A stretch of DNA of 64,000 bases. Origin: an uncultured Chloroflexia bacterium (GTDB lineage: Bacteria; Chloroflexota; Dehalococcoidia; GIF9; UBA5629). Within the stretch, counting starts at the first letter, position 1. Each line of letters starts with the position of its first letter. The DNA is taken from the NCBI GenBank assembly GCA_963775935.1, contig CAVZKR010000003.1, positions 321,012 to 385,011 of the forward strand, read 5' to 3'. A program made the translations under genes and the position numbers. Under the pieces are notes generated by a model. It was not told the DNA's origin, searched no databases, and saw only the letters and a list, made by a program, of their open reading frames with translations. Below are positions 29,532 to 40,283 of the stretch, piece after piece.

Positions 29532-30494
29532 ATGCCAACACTTTTGCTGGACAATCATGCTGTAAACAACTTAATGAAGATGCCAGATGTTATAGACGTG
29601 GTCGAAGATGCTTTCAGAATATGGGGTGAAGGTAAAGCGACTATGCCGGCCAAAGCATATTTACTGGTGGAACACGGCGATTTCAGGGCAATGCCGGCAG
29701 CCTTACCGGGCTGTGCAGGATTGAAATGGGTGAATGCCCACCCCCAGAATTCGCTTCGCAATCTGCCTTCGGTTATGGCTGTTATCATCTATAATGACCC
29801 GGAAACTGGTTATCCACTGGCAATAATGGACGCTACCAGAATCACCGCTTATCGAACGGGAGCAGCAGCAGCAATCGCATCCAGATATCTGGCCCGGCAG
29901 AATTCACATACTCTCGGTATCATCGGCGCTGGCTATCAGGCTCATACCCAGATACTGGCACATGCACAACTGTTTGAGCTCATCTCGATAAACGTCTTCG
30001 ATATTTCCAATACCTCAGTGCAGAGGTTGATAAAGGCACTCCCTGAGTACCCGATTAAGAGCTGCTCAGTAGAAGAGGCAATAGCCTCGGATATTGTATG
30101 TACGTTAACCCCATCCCGGGAACCGATAATAAAGAGGGACTGGGTAATTCCCGGAACACATATCAATGCCGTTGGAGCAGATGCAGCAGGCAAGCAGGAG
30201 CTGGAGACTTCTATATTGAATGACGCGGTGGTAGTAGTCGATGATATGAGGCAGGCAATTGCCGGCGGAGAGATCAACGTGCCTGTAAAGAAAGGTCTGT
30301 TTACCAGTAATCAAATTTATGGGACTCTCGCCGAATTAGTTGTTGGAGCTAAGAAGGGAAGAACAAGCAACAAGGCGATTACCGTGTTCGATTCCACCGG
30401 GATCGCTATCGAGGACATCGCTGTCGCCAGGCTTATCTTTGAGAAGGCTCAACAAATCGGCGGTTATCCATCTATAGACCTGATAGGAGTATAA
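29532..30494 (+). CDS. ornithine cyclodeaminase / mu-crystallin family protein (archaeal-type alanine dehydrogenase-like)
   Basis: AGGAG lies 8 nt upstream of ATG 29532. Rossmann motif LGIIGAGYQA and the OCD-family pattern ...INAVGADAAGKQEL... Confidence 0.85.
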   Translation: MPTLLLDNHAVNNLMKMPDVIDVVEDAFRIWGEGKATMPAKAYLLVEHGDFRAMPAALPGCAGLKWVNAHPQNSLRNLPSVMAVIIYNDPETGYPLAIMDATRITAYRTGAAAAIASRYLARQNSHTLGIIGAGYQAHTQILAHAQLFELISINVFDISNTSVQRLIKALPEYPIKSCSVEEAIASDIVCTLTPSREPIIKRDWVIPGTHINAVGADAAGKQELETSILNDAVVVVDDMRQAIAGGEINVPVKKGLFTSNQIYGTLAELVVGAKKGRTSNKAITVFDSTGIAIEDIAVARLIFEKAQQIGGYPSIDLIGV

Positions 30495-30553
30495 AACAGC
30501 CGAAGCGAAACAATCTTCGAGTTAGTACGGCGAGAATAGCTTACATTACATGG

Positions 30554-31084
30554 CTATTCGGCCGCATAGGTATAGCTGGGGATTATTCCCCAGGCATCAG
30601 GTGGCCAGACAGATACCCACGCTTTACCGATAATATTAGCCTTCGGCACAGTCCAACCGCAGTGAGAATCATTGCTCACATTACGGTTGTCGCCAAGAAC
30701 AAAGTACTGGCTCTCAGGGACGGTTAAGGCATCTACAATATAATCAGGACGGTCTTCAATATAAGGCTCTTCCAGCAATACACCATTGATATACACAGAA
30801 CCCGACTTTATCTCAATAGTTTCACCAGGCAGCCCTATTACACGCTTGACCAGGGGGATACCATTAACATATTGGGGACAGTTGAATATCACAATATCAC
30901 CTCGTTCAAGGCTATGAAAAAATAAAGCTGCTTTGTTGATAAATAAACGCTGTCCCTCTCTCAAGGTAGGCTGCATCGAGATTTGCTGTACAATGACTTG
31001 CTCCAATGTGAAATGGATGCCAATAAAAACAGCCAAACCCAGACATATGACAGCGGCAATATCTCTAAGAAAAACTTTCACCAT
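30554..31084 (-). CDS. lepB: signal peptidase I
   Basis: One N-terminal TM segment, SMQPTL (catalytic Ser box), GDIVIF, KRVIGLPGE, GDNRNVSNDS. Confidence 0.93.
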   Translation of the reverse strand: MVKVFLRDIAAVICLGLAVFIGIHFTLEQVIVQQISMQPTLREGQRLFINKAALFFHSLERGDIVIFNCPQYVNGIPLVKRVIGLPGETIEIKSGSVYINGVLLEEPYIEDRPDYIVDALTVPESQYFVLGDNRNVSNDSHCGWTVPKANIIGKAWVSVWPPDAWGIIPSYTYAAE

Positions 31085-31280
31085 ATACGTTTCCGATTGA
31101 TATCTTTAGAGATTGATAAAAAATATGGGATTATTGAATCTGGAGGGTACCTCTTATTCAACAATCGCATACTGTATAAACGCACTATTATAGTTATAAG
31201 TTTACCATTAAGATGTTAATAATTTGTTAATTGCGATAAGGAGATTGCTGAAAAACTCAGGTTCATCGTTATCTATTATC

Positions 31281-32090
31281 TTACAGCTTCTGGCACTTCG
31301 GGCAAAAATAGCTGCCCCTATTGCGGATGGCAATCCGCTGGATGGCAGCGCCGCAAACGCGGCAGGTTTCACCACGGCGATGGGCAACATTGAATTCATC
31401 GTGGGCAGTGCCCTCCTCACCACCGGGACGCTTGTACGTGTCCACGCTGGCGCCTTTATTGTCAACAGCCTTGTTCAGGACGTCCACTATGGCTTTATAG
31501 AGTGCTTTAACCTCCCTGGATGATAAGTCTCCCGCTTTTTTTAAAGGATGAATTCTGGCAGCAAACAAGGCTTCATCGGCATACATATTGCCGATGCCAG
31601 CAACCACCGCCTGGTCCAGGAGAACCGCTTTTATCGGAGCCTGACGTCCTTTCAACTTTTTCGCCAGCATCTCAGCCGTGAAATCTGCCGTTAATGGCTC
31701 GGCGCCCAGTTTCCTGGCGATCTCATCCGCACTCCCTGCCAGTCGCATCACCCCTAACCGCCTCCGGTCAATAAAAGCAAGCTCATCACCACTGTCGAAT
31801 TGAAGCGTTGCCCTGGTGTAGCGCTCATTGCCTGTGGAATTTATTGCCAGCAAGCCGGTCATCCTGAGATGAACAATCAGCACCTTGCCACTGGAAAGGT
31901 GAAAAAGCAGATATTTGCCGCGTCGTTCAAGGCTGGTAACCCTTTGCCCCAATAGCTGCAGGCAAAATTCACCAATCGAAGAAGGCAGAATTAGCTTTTC
32001 ATCATCAACAACAATCCCGATGATAAGCCTCCCTACCACATGCGGCGAGAGCTCATTTTTAATGGTTTCTACTTCAGGCAATTCCGGCAT
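31281..32090 (-). CDS. mutM: formamidopyrimidine-DNA glycosylase
   Basis: N-terminal MPELPEVE and the C-terminal zinc finger CRVCGAAIQRIAIRNRGSYFCPKCQ. Confidence 0.95.
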   Translation of the reverse strand: MPELPEVETIKNELSPHVVGRLIIGIVVDDEKLILPSSIGEFCLQLLGQRVTSLERRGKYLLFHLSSGKVLIVHLRMTGLLAINSTGNERYTRATLQFDSGDELAFIDRRRLGVMRLAGSADEIARKLGAEPLTADFTAEMLAKKLKGRQAPIKAVLLDQAVVAGIGNMYADEALFAARIHPLKKAGDLSSREVKALYKAIVDVLNKAVDNKGASVDTYKRPGGEEGTAHDEFNVAHRRGETCRVCGAAIQRIAIRNRGSYFCPKCQKL

Positions 32091-32092
32091 GA

Positions 32093-34840
32093 TTACTCCA
32101 TTTCTCCCCAGTTCTTGCCCATCTTGATATCCACCTTCAAAGGTACGGTGAGCGCCAGGGCGCCTGACATGAGCCTCACCACCAGGTCTTTCATCATTTC
32201 TATTTCCTCGGGAACTATTTCAAAAACGAGCTCATCGTGAACCTGCAAAATCATTCGGCTGTTCACATCCCTCTTAGCCATCTCCTGGTGAATATGAATC
32301 ATGGCGATTTTGATGATGTCAGCAGAAGTGCCCTGCACCGGCATGTTAATCGCCATCCGTTCCGCGGCTTCTCTGAGCAGCCGATTCGATGACTTTACCT
32401 CGGGAACATAGCGACGCCTGCCCAGCACCGTCTGCACGTAGCCAAGCTCTCTCGCCTGCTGCCTGGTCGTTTCAATGTAGTCTTTCACCTTAGGATACTT
32501 CTCAAAATACGCAGCAATGAACTGTGCCGCCTGTTCCCGACTGAAATCGGTAGCCTGCTCCAATCCATAGTCACTCATCCCATAAATAACGCCAAAGTTC
32601 ACAGTCTTAGCCACGCGACGCATGGCAGGAGTAACTTCGCCAGGAGCCACGCTGAAGACGCGCGAGGCGGTGGCAGTATGCACATCTTCATCCCGCCAGA
32701 ACGTTGCCATCAGCTCAGGGTCCTGAGAGATATGCGCCAATGCCCTGAGGTCAATCTGAGAGTAATCCGCAGACAACAATTGACAGCCTGGCTGAGCGAT
32801 AATCGCCTGCCGCACCTTGCCCCCTAGCTCACCTCTCACCGGTATATTCTGCAAGTTCGGCTCGCTGGAAGACAGGCGACCAGTGCTCGTACCCGTCTGA
32901 TTGAAACTGGTATGAATCCTTCCCGTCCGGGGATTGATTAAGACAAGAAAGGCATCGGTATACGTTGACTTCAACTTAGCGAGCTGACGATACTGCAAAA
33001 TAAGATCAATGATAGGATGAGCGCCCTTCAGTTCCTCCAGAACCGAGGCATCGGTGGAATAGCCGCTTTTAGTTTTGCGAGATTTTGAGAGATGAAGCTC
33101 CTCATAAAGAATCTTCGATAGTTGCTGTGAAGAATTAATATTGAACTCATGTCCCACCAAGCCATATATCTCTTTCTCTAGCCCTGACATCTGCCCACCG
33201 AAATCGCTGGACATGCTTCGCAGCAGGTCGGTATCCAGTGCTACACCGGCTCTCTCCATATCTACCAGCACCGGTACCAGAGGCATTTCCACCTCGCTAA
33301 AAAGCCGCCACAAGCCCTGGTTGCGCAGTTCAGGTTCAAAAAGCTGCTTCAGTCTCAGGGTCATATCGGCATCGGCGCAGGCATAGTCCGACGTCTTCTC
33401 TATATCAACCAGAGCCATGGAAATTTGTTTGGCGCCTTTGCCGATTAACTCATTGATGGGCATCATCTCGATGCCAAATTTGTTAAACGCCAGCGCCTTA
33501 AGCCCCAGAGGCTTTTCCCCGAGAAGATGGGCGGCAATTATGGTATCGAAAGCCAGATTCTGCAGCTTCATACCTTGACCGGCAAGCGCCAGCATGTCAA
33601 ATTTGCCGTTATGAGCTATCTTGCTTAACCTTACATCTTCAAGCAGAGGCTTAAGCCGAGTAACGACCTGTGGCAACGGCAACTGACCCACAGCGCTCAA
33701 CGTACGGTGCCCCACTGGAATATAATAGGCCTCATTTTGCTTAACAGCTACAGATATGCCTACAATCTCCGTCGATAGAGCATCAATCGAGGACGTTTCC
33801 AGGTCGATGGCGAATTCGCCGGCTGCCGATAAACGACTTACCAGATTATCCAGGTCGTCCTCGGTATTAACTATGTGATACGCACCCTTAAGTGCTGGCT
33901 TGGGCTGAGCTACAACAGTGGTCTGCTGAATTTCCCCCGGTAAATTGGACAATAAATTGACAAACTCCAGCTCACGGAAGAGAGCAACTACTCGATCACG
34001 GTCATAAGCACTCACCTTGCAGGCATCCAGGTCTAAGGTAATGGGCATATCGGTCACAATAGTTGCCAGCTCTTTATTCTGAAAAGCCCGCTCTTTATGC
34101 TCACGAAGCGTGACCTGCAATTTCGGCGGCGCCACTTCCTCAATACGGTCATAGATACCTTCAAGGCTGCTGAATTGCTGCAAAAGCTTTGCCGCCGTTT
34201 TGTCGCCGATACCAGGTACACCCGGTATATTATCCGAAGTATCACCAGTGAGCGCCTTGAAGTCAGCAAGCTGCTTTGGTGCGATGTTGTACTTAGCCTG
34301 CACTCCAGCCTCATCATAGATTACGGTATCGTTGAAGCTTTTCCTCGGCGACATCACCTTAACCGAAGGCGTTACAATTTGCAGCATATCATTGTCACCG
34401 GTAACAATCAGGGTATCGATGCCCTGCTGACTTGCCTGCTTGCTCAGCGCACCCAGGACATCGTCAGCCTCATAGCCATCGAGCTCAAACATAGGAAGGC
34501 GGAAAGCATCCGCTAGCTGATGCACCCGCTCCATCTGGTTTATCAGCTCCGGGGGAGTTGGAGGGCGCTGCTTTTTGTAGTCGGCAAACTTCTCATGGCG
34601 AAACGTAGGTGTGTGGCGGTCGAAGGCAATTGCCCAATACATCGGCTTGTTTTCCCTGAGCAGCTTCAATAAGGTAGCAGCAAAGCCTCTGACAGCATTC
34701 ACCATCTCGCCCGTCCTGGATATAGAGAGTGGAGGCAGGGCATGAAAAGCCCGATGCACCAGCGCATTGCCATCAAAAAGCAGGAGCAGGGGTTTGCCGT
34801 TTGTAGTATCCATTAATATCTCACTATGTTCTTCTGTCAC
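32093..34840 (-). CDS. polA: DNA polymerase I
   Basis: 915 aa with a 5' nuclease domain, a 3'-5' exonuclease-like domain, and the polymerase motifs DYSQIDLRALAH and QVHDELVFE. Confidence 0.97.
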   Translation of the reverse strand: MTEEHSEILMDTTNGKPLLLLFDGNALVHRAFHALPPLSISRTGEMVNAVRGFAATLLKLLRENKPMYWAIAFDRHTPTFRHEKFADYKKQRPPTPPELINQMERVHQLADAFRLPMFELDGYEADDVLGALSKQASQQGIDTLIVTGDNDMLQIVTPSVKVMSPRKSFNDTVIYDEAGVQAKYNIAPKQLADFKALTGDTSDNIPGVPGIGDKTAAKLLQQFSSLEGIYDRIEEVAPPKLQVTLREHKERAFQNKELATIVTDMPITLDLDACKVSAYDRDRVVALFRELEFVNLLSNLPGEIQQTTVVAQPKPALKGAYHIVNTEDDLDNLVSRLSAAGEFAIDLETSSIDALSTEIVGISVAVKQNEAYYIPVGHRTLSAVGQLPLPQVVTRLKPLLEDVRLSKIAHNGKFDMLALAGQGMKLQNLAFDTIIAAHLLGEKPLGLKALAFNKFGIEMMPINELIGKGAKQISMALVDIEKTSDYACADADMTLRLKQLFEPELRNQGLWRLFSEVEMPLVPVLVDMERAGVALDTDLLRSMSSDFGGQMSGLEKEIYGLVGHEFNINSSQQLSKILYEELHLSKSRKTKSGYSTDASVLEELKGAHPIIDLILQYRQLAKLKSTYTDAFLVLINPRTGRIHTSFNQTGTSTGRLSSSEPNLQNIPVRGELGGKVRQAIIAQPGCQLLSADYSQIDLRALAHISQDPELMATFWRDEDVHTATASRVFSVAPGEVTPAMRRVAKTVNFGVIYGMSDYGLEQATDFSREQAAQFIAAYFEKYPKVKDYIETTRQQARELGYVQTVLGRRRYVPEVKSSNRLLREAAERMAINMPVQGTSADIIKIAMIHIHQEMAKRDVNSRMILQVHDELVFEIVPEEIEMMKDLVVRLMSGALALTVPLKVDIKMGKNWGEME

Positions 34841-34893
34841 ACACTCACACTCTCACGTCGAGGGTGAGTGTGAGTAAAGCAAACCTCATTATT

Positions 34894-35005
34894 GAGATTG
34901 TTTATTTTGTCATTGCGAGGAGCCCGCCTGAGGCGGACGACGAAGCAATCTCAGGGATTGCCACGCTTCGCTCGCAATGACAGAGGGAAATTGCTAAACA
35001 ATCTC
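34894..35005. mobile_element. MITE-like palindromic element, copy 2 (112 bp)
   Basis: Differs from copy 1 (16158..16270) by one 1-nt indel and one substitution. ATTAT lies on both flanks. Its translation gives the LRGARLRRTTKQSQGLPRFARNDR leader of the 366-aa track ORF. Confidence 0.8.
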
Positions 35006-35062
35006 ATTATATACTATCCTGCCGATTATGCTATACTAAAATGCACTTTTGGAGGAGGCAGG

Positions 35063-35992
35063 TTGAAGACAAAAGATTTTCTCTCTGTAGCCGATTTAAG
35101 CATTGCCGAGGTTGAGTCGCTCATCAAAAAAACCCTGATAATGAAGCGAAAGGCAGCGCCACAAATACTGGCAGGAAAAGTGCTGGCGCTTCTCTTTGAA
35201 AAACCTTCTCTGCGCACCAGAGTAAGCTTTGAAGTTGCTATACATCAGCTCGGCGGCTATTGCCTCTATTTATCACCTGCTGAGGTCGGACTGGGCAAGC
35301 GAGAGCCTGTCGCTGACGTGGCCAGAGTGCTGTGCCGGTATGTTGATGGCATTGTCGCCCGCACCTTTGCTCACCAGACTCTCATAACGCTGGCGAAATA
35401 CGCCAACGTGCCGGTGATTAACGCACTCTCTGACTTCGAACATCCCTGCCAGGCACTTGCTGACATCATTACCATCTTAGAGAAAAAGGGCAAGCTCCGC
35501 GGTCTTGACCTGGCTTATATTGGTGATGGCAATAATGTTGCCAATAGCCTGCTGCTCGCTGCTGCGATTACCGGCGTCAATTTCAAAATTGCCTCACCAC
35601 CAGGCTATGAACTAACTAAAACCATGGTACAAAAAGCCAAAAGACTTGCTGCGCAGACTGGCAGCACTGTCGTTTTGACCGATGATCCCAGGCAGGCAGT
35701 GAAAGGCGCTGACGTGGTATATACTGATGTGTGGACAAGCATGGGTCAAGAGGCTGAATCAGAAAAACGCCGCAGCGCTTTCGCCAAATTTCAGGTTAAC
35801 CCTAAACTACTTTCGCTCGCTAAAAAAGAGGTGATCTTCATGCATTCTCTGCCAGCACACCATGGTGAAGAGATAGCGTCAGGTCTGGTAGACCATCCCA
35901 GATCTGTTGTCTTCGACCAGGCTGAGAACAGGCTCCACCTGCAAAGAGCATTATTGGCTGAACTATTCCGCAAATCTGGACGCGCCACATAG
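35063..35992 (+). CDS. argF: ornithine carbamoyltransferase
   Basis: TTG 35063 is preceded by GGAGGAGG. Motifs SLRTRVSFE, HPCQALAD and the HSLPAH-type region. The track ORF (34892) is over-extended through the MITE. Confidence 0.9.
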   Translation: MKTKDFLSVADLSIAEVESLIKKTLIMKRKAAPQILAGKVLALLFEKPSLRTRVSFEVAIHQLGGYCLYLSPAEVGLGKREPVADVARVLCRYVDGIVARTFAHQTLITLAKYANVPVINALSDFEHPCQALADIITILEKKGKLRGLDLAYIGDGNNVANSLLLAAAITGVNFKIASPPGYELTKTMVQKAKRLAAQTGSTVVLTDDPRQAVKGADVVYTDVWTSMGQEAESEKRRSAFAKFQVNPKLLSLAKKEVIFMHSLPAHHGEEIASGLVDHPRSVVFDQAENRLHLQRALLAELFRKSGRAT

Positions 35993-36057
35993 CTCATGGT
36001 ATTCTTTATCCAGCGGAGCAGGTTGCGAGCATCAGTTTCTTAAGGAAGAACGAAACA

Positions 36058-37401
36058 ATGAAACCAGTTATTGCTATCGTAGGTAGAGCCAATGTAGGCA
36101 AATCAGCACTATTTAACCGACTCGCAGGCAAACAGATAGCTATCGTCGAAGACGTGCCGGGAACGACTCGCGACCGTGTCTTCGCGGAAGCTAGGTTGCA
36201 GGGTCAGACAGTCACCTTGATTGACAGCGGAGGTCTTAATCCTTCTCCAGATACGTCGATGAATGAAAAGGTCAACCAGCAGGTTGAGATTGCGATCGCT
36301 GAAGCTGATGTCATCATTTTCCTGGTTGATATTCACCATGGTGTACTTGCCACCGAGCAAGAAATAGCTGATATGCTCCGTAAAAGCAACAAACCGATAG
36401 TCCTAGTCGCTAACAAGGCAGATAATACCAAGCTCGAAAACCAGATAAATGATTTCTACCAGCTAGGACTAGGCGCACCCCTGGCTATTAGCGCCCTGCA
36501 CGGTCGTGGCATAAACGGCCTCGTAGACGAAGTGGTCTCCCACCTCCCGCAGGCAATACCTGAATCTATAACTGATCCTGCAATGCCAAAACTGGCTATA
36601 GTCGGTCGTCCTAACGCTGGCAAATCAATGCTGCTTAATGCTATTGTCGGGGAGGAACGGGCTATTGTCGACCAGGTTCCCGGAACCACTCGTGATGCCG
36701 TAGATAGCGTCTTCGAGTACCCAGAGCAAAAGATACTGCTCATCGATACTGCCGGCATAAGGCGCCGTGGACGTTCCAGCACCGGCATCGAATACTATAG
36801 TTTAATTCGCTCGTTGCGCGCTATCAATCGTTGTGACATCGCCCTGCTGGTCATTGATGCCACCGAGTCCATCACCGCCCAGGATATTCACATTGCCGGT
36901 TACATCAAAGAAGCCTGCAAGGGGATGATACTGATAATAAACAAATGGGACCTCGTCCCGAAACAATCAACAGAAGACTATGCTGCCCAGGTCAGACAGA
37001 AAATGAAATTTATCACCCATGTGCCTATTCACTTTGTCTCAGCTAAACTGGGACAGAAAGTAAACACTATAGTCCCCACAGCCCTGCAAATATGGCAGGA
37101 AAGACAGAAACAATTGCCTGATACCGTCATCGATACACTGATAAAACAGGCGGTGCGAAGCCATGCGCCACCACGAAAAGGCTTGAGGAGACTTCAAGTC
37201 TTCCGTGCCTATCAGGATGGAATCAACCCTCCCACCTTTTCCTTCCTGGTAAATGACCCCGACCTTGTCCATTTCTCGTATGAACGTTACCTGGAAAACA
37301 AGCTCCGCCAGACATTTGGTTTCTCCGGCACCTCACTGCGCTTCTTCTTTAAGAAAGCGCCTCGAAAAAAGCTGACGAAAGCGGGAGGCAGCAAAGAGTG
37401 A
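36058..37401 (+). CDS. der: ribosome-associated GTPase Der/EngA (two G domains plus KH-like domain)
   Basis: GRANVGKSALFN and GRPNAGKSMLLN P-loops, with DSGG and DTAG motifs. Confidence 0.96.
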   Translation: MKPVIAIVGRANVGKSALFNRLAGKQIAIVEDVPGTTRDRVFAEARLQGQTVTLIDSGGLNPSPDTSMNEKVNQQVEIAIAEADVIIFLVDIHHGVLATEQEIADMLRKSNKPIVLVANKADNTKLENQINDFYQLGLGAPLAISALHGRGINGLVDEVVSHLPQAIPESITDPAMPKLAIVGRPNAGKSMLLNAIVGEERAIVDQVPGTTRDAVDSVFEYPEQKILLIDTAGIRRRGRSSTGIEYYSLIRSLRAINRCDIALLVIDATESITAQDIHIAGYIKEACKGMILIINKWDLVPKQSTEDYAAQVRQKMKFITHVPIHFVSAKLGQKVNTIVPTALQIWQERQKQLPDTVIDTLIKQAVRSHAPPRKGLRRLQVFRAYQDGINPPTFSFLVNDPDLVHFSYERYLENKLRQTFGFSGTSLRFFFKKAPRKKLTKAGGSKE

Positions 37402-38087
37402 TAATCGAGAAACTTATAGCTATTGCCGTCCTCGCCTACCTTCTGGGGGCAATACCTTTTGCCCTGATTTTCGGGTGGCTTATGGGTAGAGTGGATATCA
37501 CCAAGCACGGCAGCGGGAACATCGGCAGTACCAATGTGCTGCGCACCGTAGGCACCAAAGCAGCACTTGTTGTTATGGTCCTCGATATGGGCAAGGCAGC
37601 GCTCGCTGTTGTATTAGCCAGGATTATCATGGGGAACGATGCCCTGATGATAGCCGATTTCTCACTTGACTGGCAGGCTGCTCAGGTGCTGGCAGGAATA
37701 ATCGTGATGGTAGGACATAACTGGTCAGTCTACATTAAGTTTCGCGGCGGCAAAGGCGTGGCTACGTATTTCGGCAGCTGGCTCGCCATGGCTCCTGCAG
37801 CAGCCTTATTTGGCGGCATCATTATTATTATAGCAGCTTCGCTTACCAGGTATGTGTCCATGGGCTCCATACTCGGCTCTCTGGGAGTGCTGGTCTTAAT
37901 AATTATCCTTACCATCTTCAATGGGTTCCCCCCTATTTACCTGGTTTATAGCGTGATAGCAGTTATTATTATTGTCTATCAGCACCGCAGCAATATTAAC
38001 CGACTGCAAATGCGCACCGAGCGCCGCATCGGCGACAAGGTTCCCACGAAAAAGCCCAGTTCACTAACCGAACCTCCGAGCGCTTAG
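37398..38087 (+). CDS. plsY: acyl-phosphate:glycerol-3-phosphate acyltransferase PlsY
   Basis: Multi-TM protein with GSGNIGSTNVLR and FRGGKGVAT. Confidence 0.93.
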   Translation: MIIEKLIAIAVLAYLLGAIPFALIFGWLMGRVDITKHGSGNIGSTNVLRTVGTKAALVVMVLDMGKAALAVVLARIIMGNDALMIADFSLDWQAAQVLAGIIVMVGHNWSVYIKFRGGKGVATYFGSWLAMAPAAALFGGIIIIIAASLTRYVSMGSILGSLGVLVLIIILTIFNGFPPIYLVYSVIAVIIIVYQHRSNINRLQMRTERRIGDKVPTKKPSSLTEPPSA

Positions 38088-38094
38088 TAAGATT

Positions 38095-39075
38095 ATGGCT
38101 ACAGTGTCAATTATCGGCGCCACTACCTGGGGCAATACTATAGGCAAATTGCTGGCAGGTAAAGGTATTGCCGTCACTATCTGGGCGAGAACCGAAGCGA
38201 AAGCACGTGAGTTTAGTAAAGAAACGCACCACTACCCGTCGAACATCACCTTCACCAGTCACGGCGGCAAGGCATTAAACGCAGCTGACTTTGTCATCTG
38301 GGCTGTGCCCGCTCAAAGTCTGAGGCAGACAATCCAGCAAGTGGCGAAACACACAATCCCCACCATGATTCACGTGAGCCTGGCTAAAGGATTGGAGGCA
38401 GACAGCGGTAAAAGGATGTCAGAGGTAATCGCCGCAGAGCTTCCCCATACCCCACAGGAGCACGTTTGCGTACTTTCCGGGCCAAACCTGTCTCAGGAAA
38501 TTAACCGCGGTCTGCCAGCCACCTCGGTGCTGGCTGCATACAAGAGCACTATAGCCCAAAAAACAAAGGACCTGTTCCACTCACCTAACTTCGCTATCTT
38601 CACCAGTAACGATGTCGTAGGTGTTGAACTCTGTGGAGCTTTAAAGAATGTCATCGCCCTGGGAGCTGGCATGGTCGATGGTCTGGGACTGGGTGACAAT
38701 GCCAAAGCCACCTTTCTCACCTTTGGCTGGGCTGAGGTCACCTCTCTGGGCACGGCGCTCGGCGCCCAACCTGCTACCTTTTACGGACTGGCGGGGCTGG
38801 GAGATTTAATCGCTACCTGTGCCGGACCGCAGAGCCGTAATCACTATGTCGGACGTGAAGTAGCCTCTGGACGTTCTTTAGCTGAAGTAAAAGCAGCTAT
38901 GTCCAATATCGCTGAGGGAATTGATACCACCATTGCCGCACATCGCCTGGCGACGAAATTGAATCTGGATACGCCCATTATGACCCTTATTTACAAAGTC
39001 CTCTTCGAATCACTGCCGCCAGTAGAGATAGCAAACCGGTTTAGAGTTGGCTTAAAACCCGAGGGGCTCGATTAG
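38095..39075 (+). CDS. gpsA: NAD(P)H-dependent glycerol-3-phosphate dehydrogenase
   Basis: [12 protein letters not shown]..., GLGDLIATC, and conserved der-plsY-gpsA synteny. Confidence 0.93.
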   Translation: MATVSIIGATTWGNTIGKLLAGKGIAVTIWARTEAKAREFSKETHHYPSNITFTSHGGKALNAADFVIWAVPAQSLRQTIQQVAKHTIPTMIHVSLAKGLEADSGKRMSEVIAAELPHTPQEHVCVLSGPNLSQEINRGLPATSVLAAYKSTIAQKTKDLFHSPNFAIFTSNDVVGVELCGALKNVIALGAGMVDGLGLGDNAKATFLTFGWAEVTSLGTALGAQPATFYGLAGLGDLIATCAGPQSRNHYVGREVASGRSLAEVKAAMSNIAEGIDTTIAAHRLATKLNLDTPIMTLIYKVLFESLPPVEIANRFRVGLKPEGLD

Positions 39076-40187
39076 TGCCCTGATTTGCTTTTACCCCTTT
39101 TCCCCTTGCCTCCTTCACTGGAAACTTTAGGTTGCGGCAGCGTCCCAGCCAGCTCCTCAAAAAGCTTCTTCTGCTTGTCATCCAGAGACTCCGGAGTGAT
39201 GATTCGAATCTGAACCAACTGATCACCCTTGCCCTTACCGTCAATCCGGGGCATGCCTTTGCCTTTTAGTTGGAATACTTTCCCATGCTGTGTGCCCGGC
39301 GGTATTTTTAACGTGGTTTCTCCATCCACCGTAGGCACCTCCACATTTCCTCCGAGTGCAGCCTGGGCAAAGTTGATTGCCAGTTCACAGATAATATCAT
39401 TACCTTCCCGCACGAAAAACTCATGAGGTTCGATAGCAAAAGCGATATAGATATCCCCGGATGCACCCCCGTAAGTACCAGCTTGCCCTTCACCACTAAG
39501 CCTCATACGGTAGTTCTCATCCACTCCGGCTGGAATCGTAACCGACAGCTTACGCTTTGCTTTTACCCTGCCATTGCCTTTGCATTCGGGACAGGGCTCG
39601 GTGATATGAGTACCTTCACCGTTACATTTGGAGCAGGCGCCTACCTGGACAAAATGACCAAAAAGGCTCTGCTGGGCGCGACGCACCTGTCCAGTGCCAT
39701 TACAATCGGGGCATTTCTGAGGATTTGTTCCTGGCTTACTGCCAATGCCACGGCAAACAGAGCAACTCTCTACTCGTGAGAGCTCGAACTCTTTCTCTGC
39801 GCCAAACACCGTCTCATTAAAAGTAAGGTTAAGTCTAACCTGCAGGTCAGGCCCTTTCCTGGGAGCTCGTTGCCTGGCAGTCGTTGTCGCACCGCCAAAG
39901 AAAGCATCAAACAGGTCTCCAAACCCACCAAACCCAAAGTTGTCAAACCCATTACTCCAGTCTGAAGTGCCAACTCGACCATATCGGTCGTAGGAGGCGC
40001 GTTTCTCCTCATCACAAAGGACTTCGTAAGCCTCGTTAACCTCTTTAAATTTTCCCTCAGCCTCGGGATTATGGTTATGGTCGGGATGACATTGGAAAGC
40101 AAGCTTGCGGAAAGCCTTCTTTATCTCCTCAGCGCTCGCATTCCTGGGCACACCGAGTACCTCATAATAATCTCTTTCAGCTCTCAT
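39072..40187 (-). CDS. dnaJ: chaperone DnaJ (type I: J domain, G/F region, four CxxCxGxG repeats)
   Basis: YYEVLGV...HPD, G/F-rich linker, [32 protein letters not shown]. Confidence 0.96.
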   Translation of the reverse strand: MRAERDYYEVLGVPRNASAEEIKKAFRKLAFQCHPDHNHNPEAEGKFKEVNEAYEVLCDEEKRASYDRYGRVGTSDWSNGFDNFGFGGFGDLFDAFFGGATTTARQRAPRKGPDLQVRLNLTFNETVFGAEKEFELSRVESCSVCRGIGSKPGTNPQKCPDCNGTGQVRRAQQSLFGHFVQVGACSKCNGEGTHITEPCPECKGNGRVKAKRKLSVTIPAGVDENYRMRLSGEGQAGTYGGASGDIYIAFAIEPHEFFVREGNDIICELAINFAQAALGGNVEVPTVDGETTLKIPPGTQHGKVFQLKGKGMPRIDGKGKGDQLVQIRIITPESLDDKQKKLFEELAGTLPQPKVSSEGGKGKRGKSKSGH

Positions 40188-40283
40188 CTTCGATTTTAGT
40201 CCTTAAAACTACAGTATAGACAATGGCTAGACCGTCTGGCAAGTTTCCAATTGGGAGGTTGTTCAATCTACAATTGCTGATGT

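Noticed and set aside
34892-35062. 5' 171 nt of the 366-aa track ORF (N-terminal extension of argF)
   Set aside because: It is the translation of MITE copy 2 plus its flank. A TTG with a strong GGAGGAGG RBS at 35063 gives a normal-length OTCase.
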